In this document: positions 56,917 through 64,000 of the stretch, one piece after another | How positions within the stretch are numbered: the first letter of the stretch is position 1 | Layout of the letters: every line of letters begins with the position of its first letter | Sequence record: NC_007623.1 | Length of the DNA stretch: 64,000 nucleotides | Reading direction: 5' to 3' (one strand) | The notes under the pieces: generated by a model | Seen by the model: only the letters and a program-made list of their open reading frames with translations | What the model was told of the DNA's origin: nothing | Databases searched by the model: none | Translations under genes and position numbers: made by a program

Positions 56917-57645
56917 ATGGACGTTACTTCTCTCGTACGAGACCGAAGTAAGATCCGTAAGGCGTACACCCTCCACGACGATCACAGTGTCACTGCAAAT
57001 CGTCCTCTGGAAGTTCATATTCCCAAACGTTTTACTGAACATGGGTTAGCGTTTATTGGGGATAAGGTGACCACTACGTTAGTGGCGGGTGTTGTCATCC
57101 CGGGGGAGTGTTACTCCCCTTGGGTGGCGTTGACGGATGTCACGATGGTCCCTATGAACGTTCGGGAGACGGGTATTGACGGCGTTCAGTACCTTATCCT
57201 GGAGTTTGAAGAAGGGGATACCCTTATTGAGAACCTTCGGTATATCCAAGACCCCAATAAGCCCTACTTCTATTTCACTGAGTTTGACCTCTACGCGAAG
57301 ATTCCTTGGTACTTATCAGACAATGATGTCACCTCCTTGTTTGATAACGCTAAGATACAATCAGGCAGTGAAGTTGGTGATACGCCGCAACACATGCGGA
57401 TCTTTAATTCCGTTATGATGCGGGATCCGGATAACTTGGACAATCCGTATCGCAACAGTCAAGCCATGCTAGACGGTCGCCCTCCGGTATGGGTAGGGTT
57501 GAATAACAGCTCAATGCTGATTGACGGCACCTACTTGAAACTCACCGGAGGTTTCCTCCAAGACAACACGGTGGCTGCTATTATCAAGCAAGACACCAAA
57601 GTAACCGATCTGGAAATGATCGTTAAAGGGGTCCCAGATGAGTAA
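56917..57645 (+). CDS. conserved virion protein (242 aa; phiKZ gp176-like by synteny, candidate extra vRNAP subunit)
   Basis: Directly upstream of the prohead protease; functional call is from synteny only. Confidence 0.55.
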   Translation: MDVTSLVRDRSKIRKAYTLHDDHSVTANRPLEVHIPKRFTEHGLAFIGDKVTTTLVAGVVIPGECYSPWVALTDVTMVPMNVRETGIDGVQYLILEFEEGDTLIENLRYIQDPNKPYFYFTEFDLYAKIPWYLSDNDVTSLFDNAKIQSGSEVGDTPQHMRIFNSVMMRDPDNLDNPYRNSQAMLDGRPPVWVGLNNSSMLIDGTYLKLTGGFLQDNTVAAIIKQDTKVTDLEMIVKGVPDE

Positions 57646-58501
57646 TACTTTAACCTTTGAGAATACCCTGCTGGCAAACAGTGGTAAACGGGGTATTCTC
57701 AAACCCATGGACAGTTCGGGGTACTACCGGATCAATGCGGGAGGGTTCAATATCCCTAACCGTTCCGGTATTACCTACCGGGTGAATGACTACATTCGTG
57801 AGTGTGCTCGTCCAGGCAGTGATTTTGACCGTCGGGTGAACGAAGGCCAGATGTATTGTGAAATCGGCCACCCACCTCAGTATTACAAGATCTTGGTCAA
57901 TGGCGAAGTGGTTCGCAAGCAGATCACGGATCTCTTCGAATGGATTAACCGCCTTCGGACCATTGACTTTGATAATGTCTGTGGTCATATTCGTAAAGTC
58001 CATTGGATCTTTACGGGTGGACCGAACGATCCGGTTTACAATGACATTGAAGTGATTCCGTGGGCGAAGAACCCACATCATAAGCAACTGCTGCAAGAAA
58101 GTCTGGATAATCCGGATATCAATACGGCGTTTAGTATCCGTACGGTAACCAAGCCTCAGAACTTTGGCGATAAAACGCGCGAGGTGGACTACTGGAGCAC
58201 GTATGACGCTGTCATAGAGCAGGGTATACTCCGTGCGTGTAAACACCTCACAGCGGGCTTGGAGAGCCTTCTGGACGACTATTCCGCTGAGGGTGGTGAA
58301 ATGGAGTTCACCACGACCATGGAAGAGCTCTTCTTTATCTGCGATCAGAAGATGCGTTCACCTGAAGTGGCGGAACGTTATGCGGGTACGGAAAGCTTTG
58401 TTCGAGTACAGGAAATGCTGGATGATCTCCGTAGACGAACACCTGCTCAATCCAAACCTGCGCGGTTGATTGTGTCCAGTTCGTTGGATGTGTTCCGGTA
58501 A
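57638..58501 (+). CDS. prohead (head maturation) serine protease, T4 gp21/phiKZ gp175-like
   Basis: NIPNRSGITY, CEIGHP, VCGHIR (His), AFSIR (Ser), STYDAV; C-terminal AGLE self-cleavage-type site. Confidence 0.85.
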   Translation: MSNTLTFENTLLANSGKRGILKPMDSSGYYRINAGGFNIPNRSGITYRVNDYIRECARPGSDFDRRVNEGQMYCEIGHPPQYYKILVNGEVVRKQITDLFEWINRLRTIDFDNVCGHIRKVHWIFTGGPNDPVYNDIEVIPWAKNPHHKQLLQESLDNPDINTAFSIRTVTKPQNFGDKTREVDYWSTYDAVIEQGILRACKHLTAGLESLLDDYSAEGGEMEFTTTMEELFFICDQKMRSPEVAERYAGTESFVRVQEMLDDLRRRTPAQSKPARLIVSSSLDVFR

Positions 58502-58516
58502 GCCTGAGCCAGCATG

Positions 58517-58546
58517 CCTAGCCTTGGGGTAGACCCCAAGGCTAGG
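58517..58546 (+). terminator. terminator hairpin
   Basis: CCTAGCCTTGGGG-taga-CCCCAAGGCTAGG. Confidence 0.75.
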
Positions 58547-58619
58547 TTATTAATTTTAGCTGTTTGTTTATTCTTATAGTCCGTTGCGGCTAACCATTTA
58601 AACCAGAAGGAATTTCCTT

Positions 58620-59288
58620 ATGTTGATTGAAAAGCTTAATTTCCAAACCCTGGTGCTTCATCTGCGTGAGGTGAAGGGAGGGTTTAATGTTCTCCAGGTA
58701 TTGTGGGAAACCGCCCAGAAGGAATGGGAACGTTCCAAGAATGCTGATACAGACATCCATTTCATCAAAGGCGTGTTTACTTCCACTCAGAAAACCGATG
58801 CGGTCCGGATCTATGTGGCGAAGCTGGCTAAGCTGTACATGAACACCGTGGGGGTACTGCCGGGGATGTGGTCCAAACATACTCTGACCCATGAGCATAT
58901 CCTGACCAAAGCCACTGTGGACAAGATTTGCACCATGGAAGTGAACAGTTCCGAACAGTTGTTCGAATTGGTTGCCACCCGTGTATTGGGAGTTGATAAA
59001 ACCCTGGTGGAGTATATCCTGACCGATGAAGACAAACCCCGGGATCGCGCCCGTATCCTGATTAACTACCTGGGGTACCGTGTGGATGAACCGGGTGTCC
59101 CGGAAGAGGACTACCCTGACCTCATCAGTAGCCTGAGTGAGTTGATCGGTAACAATGGGTTTACAGATGAGTTCTTTGAGAACCTGTTGAAGGAAGCAGA
59201 AACCTACTTCGATAGCGGATCGGTTGACTTCCAACAAACCCCGTTGGATGTGTTGGAGAACTTCCTGCACCAACCCTGCAAGCAATAA
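58620..59288 (+). CDS. hypothetical protein (222 aa)
   Basis: AAGGA RBS. Confidence 0.8.
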   Translation: MLIEKLNFQTLVLHLREVKGGFNVLQVLWETAQKEWERSKNADTDIHFIKGVFTSTQKTDAVRIYVAKLAKLYMNTVGVLPGMWSKHTLTHEHILTKATVDKICTMEVNSSEQLFELVATRVLGVDKTLVEYILTDEDKPRDRARILINYLGYRVDEPGVPEEDYPDLISSLSELIGNNGFTDEFFENLLKEAETYFDSGSVDFQQTPLDVLENFLHQPCKQ

Positions 59289-59308
59289 GGGGTTTTGCCC
59301 AAAAGATT

Positions 59309-59331
59309 TCAAGTCTATATTACTTGGGTGA
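59309..59331 (+). promoter_or_regulatory. phage early promoter
   Basis: tcaagtcTATATTACttgggtga, identical to 17329..17351. Confidence 0.8.
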
Positions 59332-59427
59332 GCGACATCAGGACCTACCTGACGAGGGCAGTACACCACTTCCCTTGCTTTGTCTTGGTGTCGTCACACC
59401 ACCACTTTTGGACAGTAAGAGGTTGTT

Positions 59428-59868
59428 ATGTCGATCAATAAAGAATACGGCGAATGGATGGAAAAGGGTGTTAAGGGTCTGGTAGACTCGCACGACTACA
59501 ACAAGGCCACCAACCACATCACGTTCGATTCGGAGAAGGTGGAACTGCCTAAGGGTGTTACCCAAGACAGTATTCTCCAGCACGTCAATTTCTTCAACGA
59601 TATCAGCGCGCAGGTTGAAACAGCCACCTCCCAGATCGCCCGGAGTCAATTCGAAGACAACAAGGAACTGACCACCGTCGACGGCACCCTGAACCTCGGG
59701 GGGTTGAACATCAATTCCCAGCATCACCTGAAACAGAAGGTGGGTGAAGATTATTTGTGGGGGCAAAGCACCACCGCAGTCGATTACACGCATACCGAAG
59801 AACAAGCCGTTTGGTTGGATACCCAACGTACGGCCAGCCAGGAACAGGCCGCCAAGCTGTTCGAGTAA
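59428..59868 (+). CDS. early hypothetical protein (146 aa)
   Basis: GAGG RBS; biased codons; single-gene unit between promoter and terminator. Confidence 0.85.
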   Translation: MSINKEYGEWMEKGVKGLVDSHDYNKATNHITFDSEKVELPKGVTQDSILQHVNFFNDISAQVETATSQIARSQFEDNKELTTVDGTLNLGGLNINSQHHLKQKVGEDYLWGQSTTAVDYTHTEEQAVWLDTQRTASQEQAAKLFE

Positions 59869-59880
59869 GCATTCCTTCAA

Positions 59881-59930
59881 TAAAGCTAGTGACCGTTAGT
59901 GTCACTAGCTTTATAGGGACTATTTTTTGA
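59881..59930 (+). terminator. terminator hairpin
   Basis: TAAAGCTAGTGAC-cgttagt-GTCACTAGCTTTA, T-tract downstream. Confidence 0.75.
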
Positions 59931-59988
59931 TTTAGGGAACGGACCCCTGTTGACCGTTACCTTCCTAAGACCTCAATGGAGACAGAGA

Positions 59989-60204
59989 ATGAAGTGGTTA
60001 AAAGCGTTGCTTGACCTTCTCTTTGGGAGTGGGGAAGGTCAGCGTGAGACGAGGGACGTGACGTTGGAGAACCTCCACGAAACCTTGTTACCTCGGGTTA
60101 GATTCCCTTTGGAAAGTCACCACGAAGACAATTATAAACCCCTCTTACTCCCAGAGTCTTCTAAAGTGATTGGAGAGAAGGAGCAGAAACGGAATGAAGG
60201 ATAA
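59989..60204 (+). CDS. small hypothetical protein (71 aa)
   Basis: GGAG RBS before ATG 59989. Confidence 0.6.
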   Translation: MKWLKALLDLLFGSGEGQRETRDVTLENLHETLLPRVRFPLESHHEDNYKPLLLPESSKVIGEKEQKRNEG

Positions 60205-60228
60205 CTTCACGTCGGTAGGTAAACGAAT

Positions 60229-60618
60229 ATGAGTCATGAACGGTGGAACACGGCTCGTTTTGAAGCCATCAATTGGGAGGACAATCAACGCGGTATCCCT
60301 ATTGGTATTAAGAACAACCTGTATTTCCGGTTTGATTATACCCGTAAGGGTGAAGGCTGGGAGGTTACCCTCTGGAATACAGAAGGGACGATTGCCCGGA
60401 TTGAAGATAGCCCGACCGGGTTCTCATTCTCCAGTTACCGAGTGGATCTCGTAGATGCCGAGTTGTTGGCTGAGATCCATACCCAATTGAAAGATCAGAT
60501 CAATAAGGTTAAACCCACTGAACTGATCGAGGTAGGGGGGTTAAAGCATCTGAATCACATCGTCTTTACGGAACCAGATGCGGAAGAAGGGTCTCTCGCG
60601 CCTTATGATCCAGCCTAA
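60229..60618 (+). CDS. hypothetical protein (129 aa)
   Basis: TAGG RBS; operon context. Confidence 0.75.
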   Translation: MSHERWNTARFEAINWEDNQRGIPIGIKNNLYFRFDYTRKGEGWEVTLWNTEGTIARIEDSPTGFSFSSYRVDLVDAELLAEIHTQLKDQINKVKPTELIEVGGLKHLNHIVFTEPDAEEGSLAPYDPA

Positions 60619-60645
60619 CCGATTTCAAGACCACGAGGGGTACCT

Positions 60646-60951
60646 ATGCTAAGTAATCACATCATTACGTTCGAGATGGCACTGGAAGCTGAACCTTCGG
60701 TGATTCGGACATTTGAATATAAACCCTTGAGGGTTATGATGGGACAGCTTGAAACCTTCATTGTCATTGAACAGGGGAAGGAGGATGTGGTGTATGCCAC
60801 GATCGAAATCCCCAGTGACGGTGATATTAGTGTGAATATTGAAGGGAGTCCGTTTAGCCGTAAAGACACTGAAAAAGCCCTCTCGCTGATCTTTGAACAG
60901 ATCTCAGAGAAACTCAAAGCTACAACACCCCCATCTTCCACTCTCAACTAA
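60646..60951 (+). CDS. hypothetical protein (101 aa)
   Basis: GAGGGG RBS. Confidence 0.7.
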   Translation: MLSNHIITFEMALEAEPSVIRTFEYKPLRVMMGQLETFIVIEQGKEDVVYATIEIPSDGDISVNIEGSPFSRKDTEKALSLIFEQISEKLKATTPPSSTLN

Positions 60952-60963
60952 GAGGTTTATTCC

Positions 60964-61782
60964 ATGATCATCCCTAAACAAGTGGCTAAAGAACCGCACG
61001 AATTCAAGAAGTACGGCGAATTCACCTACGGGGTTCATTCTCCCAGTGTTGAAGCCTTGATGCCTGTTAACGAGGCCACGATCTTGGGCCAAGAAGCCAC
61101 CCTCAAGATCCTGAACGAACTGGATAGTGCAGTCATGGGTTCTGTTCGTTCCCTGAACAACCAGTATGAACTCTTCCGTCAAGGGATTGCCTACGGTCTC
61201 CCGTACCGTATCAGTACCGACGGGAATATCGAGTTCGCAGTGTACCAACGTACCAAGAAAGCTGGGGATCAACGCCTGAGTAGCTGCTTGTCCCTGGCCC
61301 CCGGGGGTCATATCGAGAAGGAAGACATTTCCTACTACCCGGAAGCTGATAAGTTCTACGGGGAAACTTCGGTGATCGATTGGGCTTATACCGTGGAGGC
61401 TAACCTCCGGCGTGAATTCCTGGAGGAGATCGCCTTCTACTCATTTAACTGGGGTGATATCACCGAAGAAGTTACTCAGAAGGCGTTTCCTATTGGGTTC
61501 GTGATGGATAAGGGTGAACCCGGGTACGTTGGGAATATTCACGTCGGTGTCATCTGTCTAGTTCCAGTGGTGGAACACAACGCCACGTTCGATATGTCCA
61601 ACGAAGTGAACAACAAAGAAATTGGGTGGTTTACGGTCAAAGAGTTGGTCGCCCAACATACCGGCGAAGACGCCCACATCAAGTCGGATGACGGTGAACT
61701 CGTTCGCTTCGAACCCTGGTCAGGTTTGATCATCAACCGGATTGACCAGATTGTGGATATCATCAAGGGGCAGGGTCAGTGA
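60964..61782 (+). CDS. Nudix-family hydrolase
   Basis: YQRTK, SLAPGGHIE ... NLRREFLEEI (split Nudix box), VGNIHVGVI. Confidence 0.8.
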   Translation: MIIPKQVAKEPHEFKKYGEFTYGVHSPSVEALMPVNEATILGQEATLKILNELDSAVMGSVRSLNNQYELFRQGIAYGLPYRISTDGNIEFAVYQRTKKAGDQRLSSCLSLAPGGHIEKEDISYYPEADKFYGETSVIDWAYTVEANLRREFLEEIAFYSFNWGDITEEVTQKAFPIGFVMDKGEPGYVGNIHVGVICLVPVVEHNATFDMSNEVNNKEIGWFTVKELVAQHTGEDAHIKSDDGELVRFEPWSGLIINRIDQIVDIIKGQGQ

Positions 61783-62114
61783 GAGGGGATTCCTTCTGTA
61801 CCAAAGCAACCAGTAAGACACTTTTGGACACGTTCTTCCAACTGTTGGAGGTTCTTAAAGAACAGGGGAAGGATCAAGCGACCACAGTATACCAGACCGA
61901 AAGTCGTAACGGGTTGACCGCTGTTATCAGTCCGAATGGGGTTTGGTTCTACCATTTCCCATCCCGGGAAACACCGGTGGCTAAACTGACCTCTACGGGT
62001 GAGTATGTCTCTTTGGGGATTATCAGTCTGTCCACGCGAGAACGGATCGCTTTCCACGAGGAAGATCTCACCGTGGTACTTAAAGAGATCATTGCTCACT
62101 ATCAACCGCAATAA
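61779..62114 (+). CDS. hypothetical protein (111 aa)
   Basis: GTGA overlap with the Nudix stop. Confidence 0.65.
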   Translation: MRGDSFCTKATSKTLLDTFFQLLEVLKEQGKDQATTVYQTESRNGLTAVISPNGVWFYHFPSRETPVAKLTSTGEYVSLGIISLSTRERIAFHEEDLTVVLKEIIAHYQPQ

Positions 62115-62123
62115 CCAGACGCT

Positions 62124-62165
62124 CAGTAGGTAGGGGTATCCCCTACCTACTGGTTTCTTTATTTA
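62124..62165 (+). terminator. intrinsic terminator
   Basis: CAGTAGGTAGGGG-tat-CCCCTACCTACTG plus T-rich tract. Confidence 0.8.
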
Positions 62166-62180
62166 TTTGGAGGAAAGAGA

Positions 62181-63098
62181 ATGGCTGTTATTAATTTGGC
62201 TTGGAGTGGTGGGGTGGAATCTGTGGCGATGTATCATAAAGCCATGAAAGCCGGCCATACGGTGAATCCTTGCTTGGTGAATGCCACGGGCAGTGCATGC
62301 GTGACCTTGGTGGAATTAATGGCACTCGCTAAAGTGGAAGATTATTTCAGAGATCACACGAATGACTATCCAGGGTCCATTGGAAAGACCTTCGTGATGA
62401 TGGACACGAGTATGGCCGTTCCTTCCATTTACACCATTGATAGCAACAGACAGAGTCCATTCGTTCATATTGCTAATCAATCCCTGAATGTGGTATTGGG
62501 GATGATGCAAGCGTCTCGGAGTAACATTCACCTATTCCCCAGTACGTGGGTAGGGTTCATACAAGAAGATAGCTCAGAACACACATTAAATATCAATGAA
62601 TGGAGCGAAGCAGATTACCAGGTGCTGCTGAATCTTCCCGCCACACTCGGTAAATTGGCGGGCACGGACATAGGTTGTCGGCCATTCATAGCCCCATTGT
62701 GGGATGTTCCTAAGCGAATCCTTTATAACGATCTTCCCGGGGAATTGAAAGAGCTAGTACTCCCCAATCTCATTTCACATTGGTATACTCTAAAAGAGAA
62801 TGATGAAGTGGTCCTTACGGTCTCTAAGGAGAAGGAAGTAGAGTGGGAAAGGGCGGGTATCCCTCTACCGACTCAACGCTTTGTCTTTCGTTTGAAAGAC
62901 TCCACCCCTGCGATGAGGTTATTGGTAGGGTTGCCCACCCCTAAAGACCTAGAGATAGAAGATGATCTTGGTGGAACACTGCATGAGATCACCCAGGGTA
63001 TCATCAGGAGGAAATCCGGTTACTGGATGAACGATTATGAAGAAGTTAAGGGGGTTTATCTGGATGTGATTAATGATATCTTACGGAGTAGAGAATAG
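62181..63098 (+). CDS. PP-loop (adenine nucleotide alpha hydrolase-like, QueC-like) protein
   Basis: N-terminal INLAWSGGVES resembles SGGxDS; APLWDVPK resembles the QueC PL...K motif. Confidence 0.65.
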   Translation: MAVINLAWSGGVESVAMYHKAMKAGHTVNPCLVNATGSACVTLVELMALAKVEDYFRDHTNDYPGSIGKTFVMMDTSMAVPSIYTIDSNRQSPFVHIANQSLNVVLGMMQASRSNIHLFPSTWVGFIQEDSSEHTLNINEWSEADYQVLLNLPATLGKLAGTDIGCRPFIAPLWDVPKRILYNDLPGELKELVLPNLISHWYTLKENDEVVLTVSKEKEVEWERAGIPLPTQRFVFRLKDSTPAMRLLVGLPTPKDLEIEDDLGGTLHEITQGIIRRKSGYWMNDYEEVKGVYLDVINDILRSRE

Positions 63099-63121
63099 CC
63101 TTTAACACTGGAGTATTCGTT

Positions 63122-63301
63122 ATGGCTAACAACGATGTTAAAATCGACCGTAAACTACTGGAATCCCTCGGTAAGGTTTACGATCATATTCCTGAAGAAC
63201 GCCGTCCGTACGACCCCAGCAGACCTGAAGGGGATGCGGGTATCCTCAAGACGTATGAGAAACCCAAGCGATTCAACTTTGAAATAAAAATCGGGAAATG
63301 A
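63122..63301 (+). CDS. small hypothetical protein (59 aa), below the track cutoff
   Basis: GGAG RBS; MANNDVKIDRK...KIGK*; ATGA overlap with tmk. Confidence 0.65.
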   Translation: MANNDVKIDRKLLESLGKVYDHIPEERRPYDPSRPEGDAGILKTYEKPKRFNFEIKIGK

Positions 63302-63951
63302 CTATGAATTTCGCTAGTCTCTACTCCGGAATGTTTTGTGTGGTGGAGGGGTTGGATGGAACGGGTAAGACCACTGTTGTTAATCGCATAACGGACTGGT
63401 TAGTAGAACGTGGTGTGGATGTGGTTAAGACCCGAGAACCGGGTGGGACCCCGTACTGTAACCGTATCAGGGATTTGCTCCTGTCGCTGGATGAGGGTGG
63501 AGAAGGTCCTTGCCAAATGACGGAACTCCTGTTGTTCAATGCCGCTCGGGTACAACACCTTGAAACCTTGGTTAAACCCAGCTTGCAAGCCGGGAAGTTT
63601 GTACTCTGTGATCGGTATGTGCATACGACCATAGCGTACCAAGGGGAAGCCCGGGGATTGGGGGTAGGGAAGATCCTGGAGTTACACCGCTTGCTGACCC
63701 AAGACTTTTGGCCTCACTTTACGTTCATTCTGGATGCACCGGTTGAGGTGGTGTTGGACCGAGTCCATCAACGGGGTGGTATGAACCGTCTGGATTCTCA
63801 AACGGTTGAATTCTATGAAAAGGCCCGTACAGCGTATCGTCGTATGGGGCAGACAGGCCGTGATTGCGCACTCATTGACGCCACTGTGAGTGAAGACGAG
63901 GTGTTCAATCAAATGACCACCTATCTGGAACGCCTGTGTAATAAATATTAG
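63298..63951 (+). CDS. tmk: thymidylate kinase
   Basis: VEGLDGTGKTT P-loop, TREPGGT, ELLLFNAARVQH, LCDRY. Confidence 0.97.
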   Translation: MTMNFASLYSGMFCVVEGLDGTGKTTVVNRITDWLVERGVDVVKTREPGGTPYCNRIRDLLLSLDEGGEGPCQMTELLLFNAARVQHLETLVKPSLQAGKFVLCDRYVHTTIAYQGEARGLGVGKILELHRLLTQDFWPHFTFILDAPVEVVLDRVHQRGGMNRLDSQTVEFYEKARTAYRRMGQTGRDCALIDATVSEDEVFNQMTTYLERLCNKY

Positions 63952-63960
63952 AACACATCG

Positions 63961-63992
63961 CTACTGCCTAGCCGTAATGGGCTAGGCAGTAG
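63961..63992 (+). terminator. terminator hairpin
   Basis: CTACTGCCTAGCC-gtaatg-GGCTAGGCAGTAG. Confidence 0.7.
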
Positions 63993-64000
63993 GTTGTCGT

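Noticed and set aside
55303-57042. 579-aa minus-strand ORF
   Set aside because: Antisense shadow of the 516-aa gene; no motif or RBS
62181-63098. Calling this gene queC and a 7-deazaguanine DNA-modification system
   Set aside because: The Zn-binding cysteines and partner genes are missing, so only the PP-loop fold is supported
1-64000. tRNA, rRNA, integrase, IS elements, CRISPR arrays, anti-CRISPR genes
   Set aside because: No cloverleaf, transposase, integrase or repeat-spacer pattern seen by eye; tRNAscan-SE and CRISPR finders were not run

Overview
This window is part of a phiKZ-like Pseudomonas jumbo phage genome. The 558-aa chaperonin and 292-aa endolysin match, from my memory, phage EL gp146 and EL188, which needs a BLAST check. 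From start to end it carries: a GroEL-like chaperonin with no GroES, a GNAT, a minus-strand receptor-binding cassette (two Kelch propellers, a collagen/bead tail fibre, an SGNH esterase), and an early accessory island with an AmrZ-like ribbon-helix-helix protein. After these come an SF2 helicase with a class-3 intein, RNase H-like and RecA-like genes, a 2543-aa tail protein with two muralytic domains, the split virion RNA polymerase, the endolysin, the prohead protease and a nucleotide-metabolism cluster. Main results: (1) Two group I introns interrupt the virion RNAP genes at catalytic motifs. One splits DHD|GD, carries an HNH endonuclease and hides a 60-codon exon missing from the ORF track. 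The other splits HDD|VKR and has no ORF. (2) The HNH ribosome-binding site is sequestered in a hairpin that contains a putative late promoter. (3) The phage AmrZ mimic has Trp in place of the key DNA-contacting Arg. (4) The giant tail protein has a putative M15 peptidase next to a GH19 domain. No tRNA or CRISPR array was seen. All structure and homology calls are by eye.
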